A DNA stretch of 64,000 nt from Terriglobia bacterium (lineage in GTDB: Bacteria; Acidobacteriota; Terriglobia; 20CM-2-55-15), in contig CBDAOY010000009.1 of NCBI GenBank assembly GCA_965198225.1, forward strand, positions 1,234,540-1,298,539, given 5' to 3'. Below, in pieces: positions 37,832 to 46,053 of this stretch (position 1 is its first letter; every line of letters starts with the position of its first letter). The position numbers and the translations under genes were made by a program. A model generated the notes under the pieces. The model was not told the DNA's origin. It made no database searches and saw only the letters and a program-made list of their open reading frames with translations.

Positions 37832-38932
37832 TCATTCCGCCCGGGCCGAGTCAATGGATCCGATCACGTGGCGTTCGACCAGCTCGTAGACCCTTCGAAG
37901 ATGACCGCGTCGCGCACGACCCGTCGTTACCGACGAGGTCGTGACGGCCACCAGATCCAGTTCCGGCACGATGAATATGAACTGGCCTCCGTAGCCCCAG
38001 GCGTAGTTGGTCTCGTAGCCGGCCATCTCGCGGATCCACCAGCCGTAACCGTAAAAGCGGCCGTTTTCTCGTCTCGACGGGGTCCGGCGCGTGAGCGAGG
38101 CTTGCACCCATTCTTCCGGGACGATCTGCCGGTCGTTTGCGCGTCCACCGTTCAGGTACATCTCGCCGAATGCCATCATCTGCTTCGGCGTCAATTCCAT
38201 GTCGTTACCGCCGAAGTAAATCCCCTGGGGATCACGCGGCCATCGGGCCAGCGAGAAACCCAAGGGCCGGGCCAGGTTGTCCTGAGCAAACTGCCAGGTG
38301 CTGGAGCCGGTTGCCCGGGTCAGGATCGCCGACAGCAGGTGTGTGTTGCCGGTGCTGTAGTCCATCCGTGTGCCCGGCGTTCTCAGCAGCGGCCGGGTCA
38401 GCGTATGTCGGACCCAGTTCGAGCTCAAAACCCACGCTCCGTAGTAGCGGTTGCTCGTCGTTCGAAGGCCTGACCGCATCGTCAGCAGGTCCTCGAGCGT
38501 GATGTCCCGCTTTGCCGCTTCAGCATCACCGCCCAGTACACGAGGGAAGAAGGACCCGATCGGTTGGCGGACGCCTTCCAGAATGCCTCGGTCGATGGCA
38601 ATCCCCACCAGGGCGGAAAGGATGCTCTTCGACGCCGACTTGATATTGGTGGGGCGATTGACCCGGGCACCGTTGTAGTAACGCTCGAGAATCAGCTCTC
38701 CCCGGTACGTCACCAGCAGGCTGTGAAGGCGCGGCAGTGCCGCACCGGCCTCGGCTGCGGCGTCGAGAGAAACCGCCTCCGGTTCCGGCAACGGAGCAGG
38801 TATCGGCTCAGCTATGGGTGGGGCGGCGCGGACCGGGGTCGGCGCTACGGATGCCGGCGGGATCGACGACCACATCCAGGCGGTGAACAAACCGGCAACG
38901 CCGAGCAGGAGCAATCGTGAGCGCGTCTTCAT
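37832..38932 (-). CDS. Serine hydrolase (class C beta-lactamase-like)
   Basis: SASK (SxxK), LLTMRSG, PGTRMDYS, YGYGWW, AWGYGGQ. Confidence 0.88.
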   Translation of the reverse strand: MKTRSRLLLLGVAGLFTAWMWSSIPPASVAPTPVRAAPPIAEPIPAPLPEPEAVSLDAAAEAGAALPRLHSLLVTYRGELILERYYNGARVNRPTNIKSASKSILSALVGIAIDRGILEGVRQPIGSFFPRVLGGDAEAAKRDITLEDLLTMRSGLRTTSNRYYGAWVLSSNWVRHTLTRPLLRTPGTRMDYSTGNTHLLSAILTRATGSSTWQFAQDNLARPLGFSLARWPRDPQGIYFGGNDMELTPKQMMAFGEMYLNGGRANDRQIVPEEWVQASLTRRTPSRRENGRFYGYGWWIREMAGYETNYAWGYGGQFIFIVPELDLVAVTTSSVTTGRARRGHLRRVYELVERHVIGSIDSARAE

Positions 38933-39209
38933 CGTCTTCGAACGAGTATATAGGGATCTGCAACCTGTTCAGGAGCGCACATTGTACACCCGGATCATCA
39001 CCGAATCCCTCTGAGATTCGTTGTCCCTGCCGATCGACGTTCAGCCAACCCCTTCACGGCAACTTCTTCCCGTGGACTGGTCTGTTTATGGGAAGATCAC
39101 GAGATCGTGCGTAGACACTAAAACCGGCTGTTGCCATCAATCCACCAGCCGCCGAATCAAGTCACCGATGAGGACGCTGTTTCTGTAGAATTCTCTTCGG
39201 TTTCCCATA

Positions 39210-40028
39210 GTGGACTCCGGGGCAACAACGTTCTCCCAACAGACCGAACAGGCAGACTACCAGACATGGGCGGGTCAGGCGGAGCAGGTCAACACTCTTG
39301 GCACAGAGAGGAGACTTAGGGTGAACATAGACAAGAGGATCCAAGCGTTCTATGAGCGCCTTGATCACCTTGAAGAACGTCTCCTTGAATCGAATGAAGA
39401 TAATTGGGAGAGGTCGAGGGCGAGATGGCGTCAGACTAAACCTACCGTCGGTTTGACCTGGGGAATAGAGGCAACGGGTGATGAATTCATAGGGAAGGTT
39501 TCGTCATATGGCGCATTCGACCCTGACAAGACCATCCTCGAGATTGGACCCGGGTATGGAAGGCTTTTGAAGTCCTGCGTGGAACAAAAGATCCCTTTTA
39601 GGAAGTATGTTGCCGTGGACCTCTCGAAAGACAATGTCGAGCACCTGCAACAGAACTTCCGAATCGCAAACGTTGATACCATCCATGCGGATGTTGAAAA
39701 GGTGACATTCGAGGAAAGTTTTGACGTGGTGTTGTCTTCGCTCACCTTCAAGCACCTGTTCCCGTCTTTTGAAAACGTGCTCTGTAACGTTCTGAAGTAT
39801 GTGAACGACGGTGGCGTGTTCTTTTTTGATCTGTTTGAGGGCAGGAAGAGTTTCTTTGAAACGGACAAGCCGGAAAGTGAAATCGCCTTCATCCGCTGGT
39901 ACACGAGATCGGAGACTTTGGAAATACTGGAAAGCGTCTCACTCGAACTTGTCGCCTTTGATCAAGTTCAACACGACCCGGATCATTCTCGCCTCCTGGT
40001 CGTCGCGAGAAAACCAGCTCTAAGCTAG
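39210..40028 (+). CDS. Class I SAM-dependent methyltransferase (start uncertain)
   Basis: ILEIGPGYG, AVDLS, FDVVLS, GGVFFF; visibly more AT-rich than its neighbours. Confidence 0.8.
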   Translation: MDSGATTFSQQTEQADYQTWAGQAEQVNTLGTERRLRVNIDKRIQAFYERLDHLEERLLESNEDNWERSRARWRQTKPTVGLTWGIEATGDEFIGKVSSYGAFDPDKTILEIGPGYGRLLKSCVEQKIPFRKYVAVDLSKDNVEHLQQNFRIANVDTIHADVEKVTFEESFDVVLSSLTFKHLFPSFENVLCNVLKYVNDGGVFFFDLFEGRKSFFETDKPESEIAFIRWYTRSETLEILESVSLELVAFDQVQHDPDHSRLLVVARKPALS

Positions 40029-40035
40029 GATCTTC

Positions 40036-41853
40036 ATGTATCTTCACCACATGAAATCCCTCCTTGCGTTGGCCGTGTCGTTGTTCGGGCTCACCCTGTG
40101 GATGGTGGCGGCCCCCGCGCAGATGGAAGCGGATTACGTAGGACAGCAGGTCTGCGCGGCATGTCATCCCGCCATCGCGGAGAGTTATGAGCAGGTGGGG
40201 ATGGCTCGAACCTTCCAGCCTATCGAAGAGGTCGTGCCAATCGAAGATTGGAAGGAAAACAACAGTTACTATCACGAGCTGTCGGGACAGTACTTCCTGA
40301 TGACAAGCAGGGACGGGAGATTCTTCCAGAAGCGATACCAGCTCGATGGCGACGGCCGGGAAATCAACGCGTTCGAGATGGAGATCGACTACGCCCTCGG
40401 TTCTGGTTTCAAGGAACGCGACTACGCGACTCGACTTCCCGGCGGAGAGCTGGTCCAGATGCCGGTGGTCTGGTACGGCGATGAAGGCGCCTGGTCCATT
40501 GCCCCCGGATACGATCATCCAAACCATGACGGGTTTCGCCGCCGCCTGACCTATCGTTGTATGTTCTGCCACGCCGCCTACCCGCGAACGGGCAACACGC
40601 AGGGCAGCTACGAGGCGCAGACGCCCTTGTTTGAGCCGGGGGTCTCGACGGGAGTCGATTGCGAGCGTTGCCACGGTCCGGGAGGCCTCCACGTCCAACG
40701 CGCCTCCGCGGGCGCGCCCGACGCCGACATTATTGAAAGCATCGTGAACCCGTCGCGGCTCGACCGGGACCGTGAGATGGATGTCTGCCTGCAGTGTCAC
40801 CTGGAGACGACCAGCACGCCTCTGCCGAATTCCACTCTGAAGGTTGGTCGCGGTGTGTTTTCCTTCCGACCCGGTGAAAAGCTGACCGACTACGCCGCCT
40901 ATTTCGATTTCCCCCGGGGCGTCGGCCACGATGACGACTTCAACATCGTCCACCAGGGCTACCAACTCGTCCGATCGGCGTGTTTCAAGGGCAGCGAGAT
41001 GACCTGCGTGACCTGCCACGATCCGCACCGGACACCAGAAGACCGGGTGAGGTTCTTCAAGGCGCGCTGCATGGAGTGCCACGACGAGGGGAGTTGTTTG
41101 CTCGAGGAGACGGAGCGGACGGCCGCAAACGGCGATAACTGTATGAACTGTCACATGCCGCAACGGAGGACCAACGACATCGTCCACGTCGTCATGACCG
41201 ACCATTACATCCAGAGGTTCGCCCCGGAAGACCCGCTGGCACCGATCGAGGAGAAAGACAATGCGGGATACCGTGGCGACCTGGCCTTCTACCTGCCGGA
41301 GGAGAATGCGGAGCTGTACATGGGGATAGGGCTGGTTCGAGGCCCTGACATCCAACGGGGTGTCCAGATCCTCGAACGCGCGATCGATAGCGACGCACCG
41401 ACAACTGCCGAACCATATTTCTACCTGGCCGCCGCGTATCGAGAACTGGGTCGTTCCGAGCGCGCGATGGATCACTACCGCAGAGCCATCGAGATCGATC
41501 CGGCCTATGCGGAGGCACACTACAACCTCGGGCTCATCCATGTCGGAGACCGGCGATTCGACAGGGCGCTTGAATTGTTCGAGGACGCCATCCGCCTTCA
41601 ACCCAACCGAGCCGACAACTACGTTGGTGCCGGTGTGGCACTCGCCCAACTCGGTCGTCTCGAGGACGCGAAGCGATCCTACCTGCGTGCGCTCGAATTG
41701 GATCCTCTCAACACCGTGGCCCTGAACAACCTGGGGACGCAGGAACTCCGGGTGGGGAATCGAGAGGGTGCCGCTTCTTATTTCAGACAGGTCCTGCGGA
41801 TCGAACCCAACGACCGGGTGGCCCGGGATATGCTGGCGCGCCCGGGGGGGTGA
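40036..41853 (+). CDS. Exported multiheme cytochrome c (7 CxxCH) with C-terminal TPR repeats
   Basis: Signal peptide; CAACH, CMFCH, CERCH, CLQCH, CVTCH, CMECH, CMNCH; TPR pattern YRRAIEIDP..AEAHYNLG. Confidence 0.92.
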   Translation: MYLHHMKSLLALAVSLFGLTLWMVAAPAQMEADYVGQQVCAACHPAIAESYEQVGMARTFQPIEEVVPIEDWKENNSYYHELSGQYFLMTSRDGRFFQKRYQLDGDGREINAFEMEIDYALGSGFKERDYATRLPGGELVQMPVVWYGDEGAWSIAPGYDHPNHDGFRRRLTYRCMFCHAAYPRTGNTQGSYEAQTPLFEPGVSTGVDCERCHGPGGLHVQRASAGAPDADIIESIVNPSRLDRDREMDVCLQCHLETTSTPLPNSTLKVGRGVFSFRPGEKLTDYAAYFDFPRGVGHDDDFNIVHQGYQLVRSACFKGSEMTCVTCHDPHRTPEDRVRFFKARCMECHDEGSCLLEETERTAANGDNCMNCHMPQRRTNDIVHVVMTDHYIQRFAPEDPLAPIEEKDNAGYRGDLAFYLPEENAELYMGIGLVRGPDIQRGVQILERAIDSDAPTTAEPYFYLAAAYRELGRSERAMDHYRRAIEIDPAYAEAHYNLGLIHVGDRRFDRALELFEDAIRLQPNRADNYVGAGVALAQLGRLEDAKRSYLRALELDPLNTVALNNLGTQELRVGNREGAASYFRQVLRIEPNDRVARDMLARPGG

Positions 41854-41994
41854 TGAGTGACAAGTTGCTGGTGGCCATGCGCCTCGACCCTCCCGTCACG
41901 CGTCAGATTTCCTTGACCGCGCCCTTTTTCCCCGGCCAAGCCGTCGTGTCAGTCTCTCCTGGTCGAAAGACACCACCCGCAGGTTTTGGGTAGC

Positions 41995-42271
41995 CAAGCA
42001 GCCCGTGGCAGAAGTCTGATGGTTCGCGCGCACGGGTCTTGCGAGGCGGAGACGAGGCGCGAGGAGGAATTGATGCTGTTTCATCATGACGACGAGCAAC
42101 AAAGTATCCGACCGCAACCCCCGTGCGCCCGGAGGGTTACGGCGGCGTCCCACCATCTGCGGTGTTGCCGCACCTCAACGATGTCCCAGCATCGCAATCG
42201 GCGCGGCGCCTAGCAGCTGGCGCAACGGCCGCCGTAACGCGAGCCATCAGACTTCTGCCACGGGCTGCTAG
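41995..42271 (+). mobile_element. CTAG-bounded structured repeat/MITE-like element, copy C (277 bp)
   Basis: Terminal inverted repeats C(A/T)AGCAGCCCGTGGCAGAAGTCTGATGG(T/C)TCGCG; core shared with copies A and B. Confidence 0.8.
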
Positions 42272-42375
42272 ATCATTGCCTGAATCTTTTGACATCGCGT
42301 TTTGGTGGGTGTTTAATTGCAGCTGAGTTACTGTACCACCCTAATTCATCTGAACATGCTGCGAGGATTGGAGCT

Positions 42376-43881
42376 GTGCGACGAAATTTGGTGGGCGTCC
42401 TGGTGTTTGTGCTCGTGTCTGCCGCGATGACCCCGTGGGGAGGGCTCGCCGGCCAGCAGCCACAGCCCTCCCAAGGCAAGATGTTTGAGTACGGAAAGCC
42501 ACTCGCCCCAAATCAAGACATCTACTACCTCGACGAGCCGAGAGAGGAATGGATCCCGGACGAGTTTCTGTCCAACCCCGATCCGGTTGTCGACCCCAAA
42601 ACACTCAAGGGATATCACCTGCCACCCTTCCTCCACAAAGTGAAGGTGCTCAATCAGGAGGTCAAAGCGGGTGACACCGTTCGCTTCGAGGCGATGGTCG
42701 AGGATGTGGTCGGGGTCAATCCCTGGCCGATCGGTTTCCAGGGACCACAGGGAAGAAGAACTTCGTTCACCGTTCGGATGAGGCCGAGCAGCGATAACCC
42801 CTTCCTGCACGAAGGGAGCTTCAGAATCCATGAGTGGACCGAGCCGGGACTCTACTTCATGTACACGCTCGGAATCATTGCCAACGAGCTGGGCCACTCG
42901 AAAGCGTATTTCCAGGACTATCACCCGGGACTCAAGGACGTCTACTTCACGGTTCTGCCCAATCCGAAAGCCGACGTCATGCCGCCGGTGTTGGAGGAAG
43001 TGCGAATCGGTGAAAAGACCCTGGCCTCAGACGAGGTGCCGAGTTTCGATATCTCACAGGCGATCCCCGTTTATGTGCGCGCGACGGACAACATTTCGGG
43101 TGTGGCCAGCATCAAGGTGCGCCTCATCAACTCGCTGGAGAGATACAGCGAGCTGACGCTCCTTCCCACATTCGAGGAAGAGGACTGGTACGTGGGGTAC
43201 GTCAATATCCCCAAGCACTATGTCGGCGGCCCCTACCGGGTGATGTCGATGTGGATCGGGGACCGGGCCGGACAGCAGGTGTTCATGTTCGGCAACACCC
43301 ATCCTCTGCTGAAGACGGCCAGGTTCAACGTCATCCAGGATCCCGCCCAGGCGGATACGGTTCCTCCGCGGCTGATCACCGTGACAGTGGATCGGACCCA
43401 AGCGGCTCTCGGCTCGCAGATTCAGGTTACCGCCGTTGCCGTGGATGACCTGTCGGGTGTCGGAACCCTGGTCATCGATTTCGCGGCAATGCCCAGCTAC
43501 ATCGACAAGAGGCGCGTCCATATGAACGCGGTCGCTCGGCCGGAGATCATCCAGAAATCAGGGTTCAATATCGACGAGAACACCTATGTCGGCAGTTTCC
43601 GCACGCACGTGATGGACGAGCCTGGTGAGTGGCACGTCGTCCGTGTGATGGCTCGCGACAATGCGGACAACCTGCTCGACATGCGCGAATACGAATACCC
43701 CCTGCTGGCCAACGTGAAGATCGACTTCACCGGCGGCAGCAACCCTGCGGCGGCGAACAGGCGGATGACCCTGACATCCGGAGCGGCGACCCAATCCGCC
43801 GCACCCGGTAGAGTCCGGCGTGTGGACATGATTCCACCCCACCCCCCGCGAGGTGCATGTTTGAATTGTCATGTGCCGTAA
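42376..43881 (+). CDS. Exported Ig-like-repeat protein with a single C-terminal CxxCH (magnetochrome-like)
   Basis: GTG at 42376 after GGAG; signal peptide; repeats D..PP.L..V.......A.D..SGV; ends IPPHPPRGACLNCHVP. Confidence 0.75.
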   Translation: MRRNLVGVLVFVLVSAAMTPWGGLAGQQPQPSQGKMFEYGKPLAPNQDIYYLDEPREEWIPDEFLSNPDPVVDPKTLKGYHLPPFLHKVKVLNQEVKAGDTVRFEAMVEDVVGVNPWPIGFQGPQGRRTSFTVRMRPSSDNPFLHEGSFRIHEWTEPGLYFMYTLGIIANELGHSKAYFQDYHPGLKDVYFTVLPNPKADVMPPVLEEVRIGEKTLASDEVPSFDISQAIPVYVRATDNISGVASIKVRLINSLERYSELTLLPTFEEEDWYVGYVNIPKHYVGGPYRVMSMWIGDRAGQQVFMFGNTHPLLKTARFNVIQDPAQADTVPPRLITVTVDRTQAALGSQIQVTAVAVDDLSGVGTLVIDFAAMPSYIDKRRVHMNAVARPEIIQKSGFNIDENTYVGSFRTHVMDEPGEWHVVRVMARDNADNLLDMREYEYPLLANVKIDFTGGSNPAAANRRMTLTSGAATQSAAPGRVRRVDMIPPHPPRGACLNCHVP

Positions 43882-43950
43882 TTGGTACAGTTTTCTTGAT
43901 GGGAATTCAGTTGAGAAGTTGTGAACGAAGGACTTCAAGGAGCATTGAGA

Positions 43951-45147
43951 ATGGATAGAAGAGACCTCCTCAAGACATTGGGAATGACCGGTGCAGGCAC
44001 CGTCCTCGCCCCCGGCCTGATGGCGGGTGCAGAGAGGCAGGCCGCCGACGGCTTGGGGTTCAATTTCAAGACAAAGCACCTGATCTACCTCATAACGGGG
44101 AACGGGAGTCGGAAAAAGGAATGGTACGAATCCCCCGAGATCTGCCCGAATGCGCAGCGAATCGCGAAAGAGGGTTTCACCTACTACGAGGACAACAACG
44201 TCACGACCGGCAGTCACGGCACGAGCTTCACCGAGCTCTTGACCGGTGCTCCTTATTTTACGGGCGTCCCTGTCTTTCCGACGATGCCGCACTATGTCCG
44301 CAAGGCTTACGGAGACAAGGCCACCAACTACTGGTATTTGAACGGGGTTTCCTACTACCGCCAGTGGCGATTCAACGTCAAGTACTTCACGTCTCATAAG
44401 GACTTCGGTGAGGAGACGCGGCCGGTCTCGTTGACGACGCGGCACTTCTTCCACGAGGGCCACGAGAGAACCCCCGATCAGATCGTTGCCGAGGAGTTCC
44501 CGGACATGGGTCTGACCGATGCCGAGAAGAAGCAGATGGAGGAGTTCATCGCCGACATCCAGGCGAGACAGGATTGGAATCCGGTCGGTTTGAAGAATCC
44601 TCCGATCCCCTACGACCCCTATCTGTCGGAGGCGCGGTCACTGCACGTCCTCCCGCAGATCATGAAGGAATTCAAGCCGCGGATGCTGCTCTGGCAGCAG
44701 ACGGGTCACGATGCCGGGCATGGCGCCGGCGGATACCTCCGTCAGGAGACCGGATGGCTGGACTACTCCAAAGTCTGCAAGACGACGGATGAACAGATCG
44801 GCCGGATCTTCGATTTCATCAAGAACGATCCCTATTTCTCGAAGAACACCACGATTGTGATGCGGCCCGAATTCGGCCGCGACGACGAAGTCAACCTCTA
44901 CGGGGAGATCCACCACTCGACCGGCTACTATTACGCGCACCGTTCGGCCTCCACTTTCTGGGGACCGGACATCAAAGTGGGTAATTCCGGCCTGGTCGTG
45001 AGCCGTTACGATATGTCGAAGACCATCGATGCGATGTTCAACGTCGATGCGACTTACAGCCGCGGCCAGATCCGCAACCACATGTTCAAAGACCACGTCG
45101 GCAATTTGCCGGAATACCGGGAAAATACGCCGTTGTTCGTTGGTTGA
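43951..45147 (+). CDS. Tat-exported alkaline-phosphatase-superfamily-like metalloenzyme
   Basis: AAGGAG RBS; MDRRDLLK twin-arginine signal; HDAGH, D.QIG.I...I...P.....T.I...PEFGRD, HH motifs. Confidence 0.65.
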   Translation: MDRRDLLKTLGMTGAGTVLAPGLMAGAERQAADGLGFNFKTKHLIYLITGNGSRKKEWYESPEICPNAQRIAKEGFTYYEDNNVTTGSHGTSFTELLTGAPYFTGVPVFPTMPHYVRKAYGDKATNYWYLNGVSYYRQWRFNVKYFTSHKDFGEETRPVSLTTRHFFHEGHERTPDQIVAEEFPDMGLTDAEKKQMEEFIADIQARQDWNPVGLKNPPIPYDPYLSEARSLHVLPQIMKEFKPRMLLWQQTGHDAGHGAGGYLRQETGWLDYSKVCKTTDEQIGRIFDFIKNDPYFSKNTTIVMRPEFGRDDEVNLYGEIHHSTGYYYAHRSASTFWGPDIKVGNSGLVVSRYDMSKTIDAMFNVDATYSRGQIRNHMFKDHVGNLPEYRENTPLFVG

Positions 45148-45269
45148 GCTTCGCGGAGCCTGACGGGGATTGGCTACTCGTCAGGTTCCGTCCCTCCGAC
45201 GCGATCTGGCCCGCGTTTCTACACACCCCGTGTTACTCCAGCAGAAAGCGACACCTGTCGGGAATTCGC

Positions 45270-45978
45270 GTGCGGTCTATGACCGCACGTTCTTGCCGGC
45301 GATGTCTTGTGCGCTCATAGAGCGCACCTACACCTGAGGAGGCAAAACGAGGTCAGGCAAGTGTAGGTTGCGCTCATAGAGCGCACCTACAGGAGGCAAA
45401 CGAGGTCAGGCAAGTGTAGGTGGCTGGTCTATCGACTTGAGATCGCACATTCTTGCGTATCCGGCGATGTCCGCCAGGTGATCGGCTTCAACCCGTACCG
45501 CTTCATTTGTGCGCTCATAGAGCGCCACCTACAGGAGGCAAACGTGCTGCAGGTCAGGCAAGTGAGGCTCTGCGATCCCAACTTCGTCTACTGCGTCCGC
45601 CAACGAGTGTTCACGCTGGGCGATCTGGTACTGCCGCGAATCCGCGTTCAGCGATCTGGCCGGTTTCAATCTGATGTGCTGAAAAATCGGCGCGCGTCAC
45701 TGTGGAAACCGTGGAGGCACAATAACCGTTCCCACAGCGCCGGCGGGGGGATAATATTCCCCCTTCAGCAGCAGGATGATCACCTATTCTCTAATTCTTG
45801 GGGTCCGGAATGAAGGGGCGCAGTCGGGTCTATGACCGCACATTCTTGCCGGCGATGTTTTGTGCGCTCATAGAGCGCACCTACAGGAGGCAAACGAGGT
45901 CAGGCAAGTGTAGGTGCGGTCTATGAGCGCACGTTCTTTCAGAGCGATGTTTTGTGCGCTCATAGAGCGCACCTACAC
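45270..45978. repeat. BIME-like tandem array of alternating REP variants, scrambled in the middle
   Basis: Roughly 90-bp unit: REP(GGTC/GACC)-TTCTTGCCGGCGATGT-inverted REP(GCTC/GAGC)-AGGAGGCAAACGAGGTCAGGCAA; linkers recur. Confidence 0.85.
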
Positions 45979-46053
45979 TCGAGCGAAACTCTGGGCGGCT
46001 GAAATTCAGGCCAATGTAAGGACGAGTTGATCGGCGCCTCTCCGTTTCCCCAC

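Noticed and set aside
39889-41649. 586-aa minus-strand ORF
   Set aside because: Antisense shadow of the multiheme cytochrome gene.
42376-43881. Magnetosome gene cluster
   Set aside because: Only one magnetochrome-like motif; no PDZ/protease MamE/P architecture and no mamK, mamB/M or mamQ-like genes in the window.
45478-45813. 111-aa ORF as a RAYT transposase remnant
   Set aside because: No HUH or catalytic Tyr motif recognised; the ORF runs through repeat sequence in a region that looks scrambled.
45270-45978. CRISPR array
   Set aside because: The linkers between palindromes repeat rather than being unique spacers, repeats alternate in orientation, the same 25-mer is scattered across the window, and there are no cas genes.
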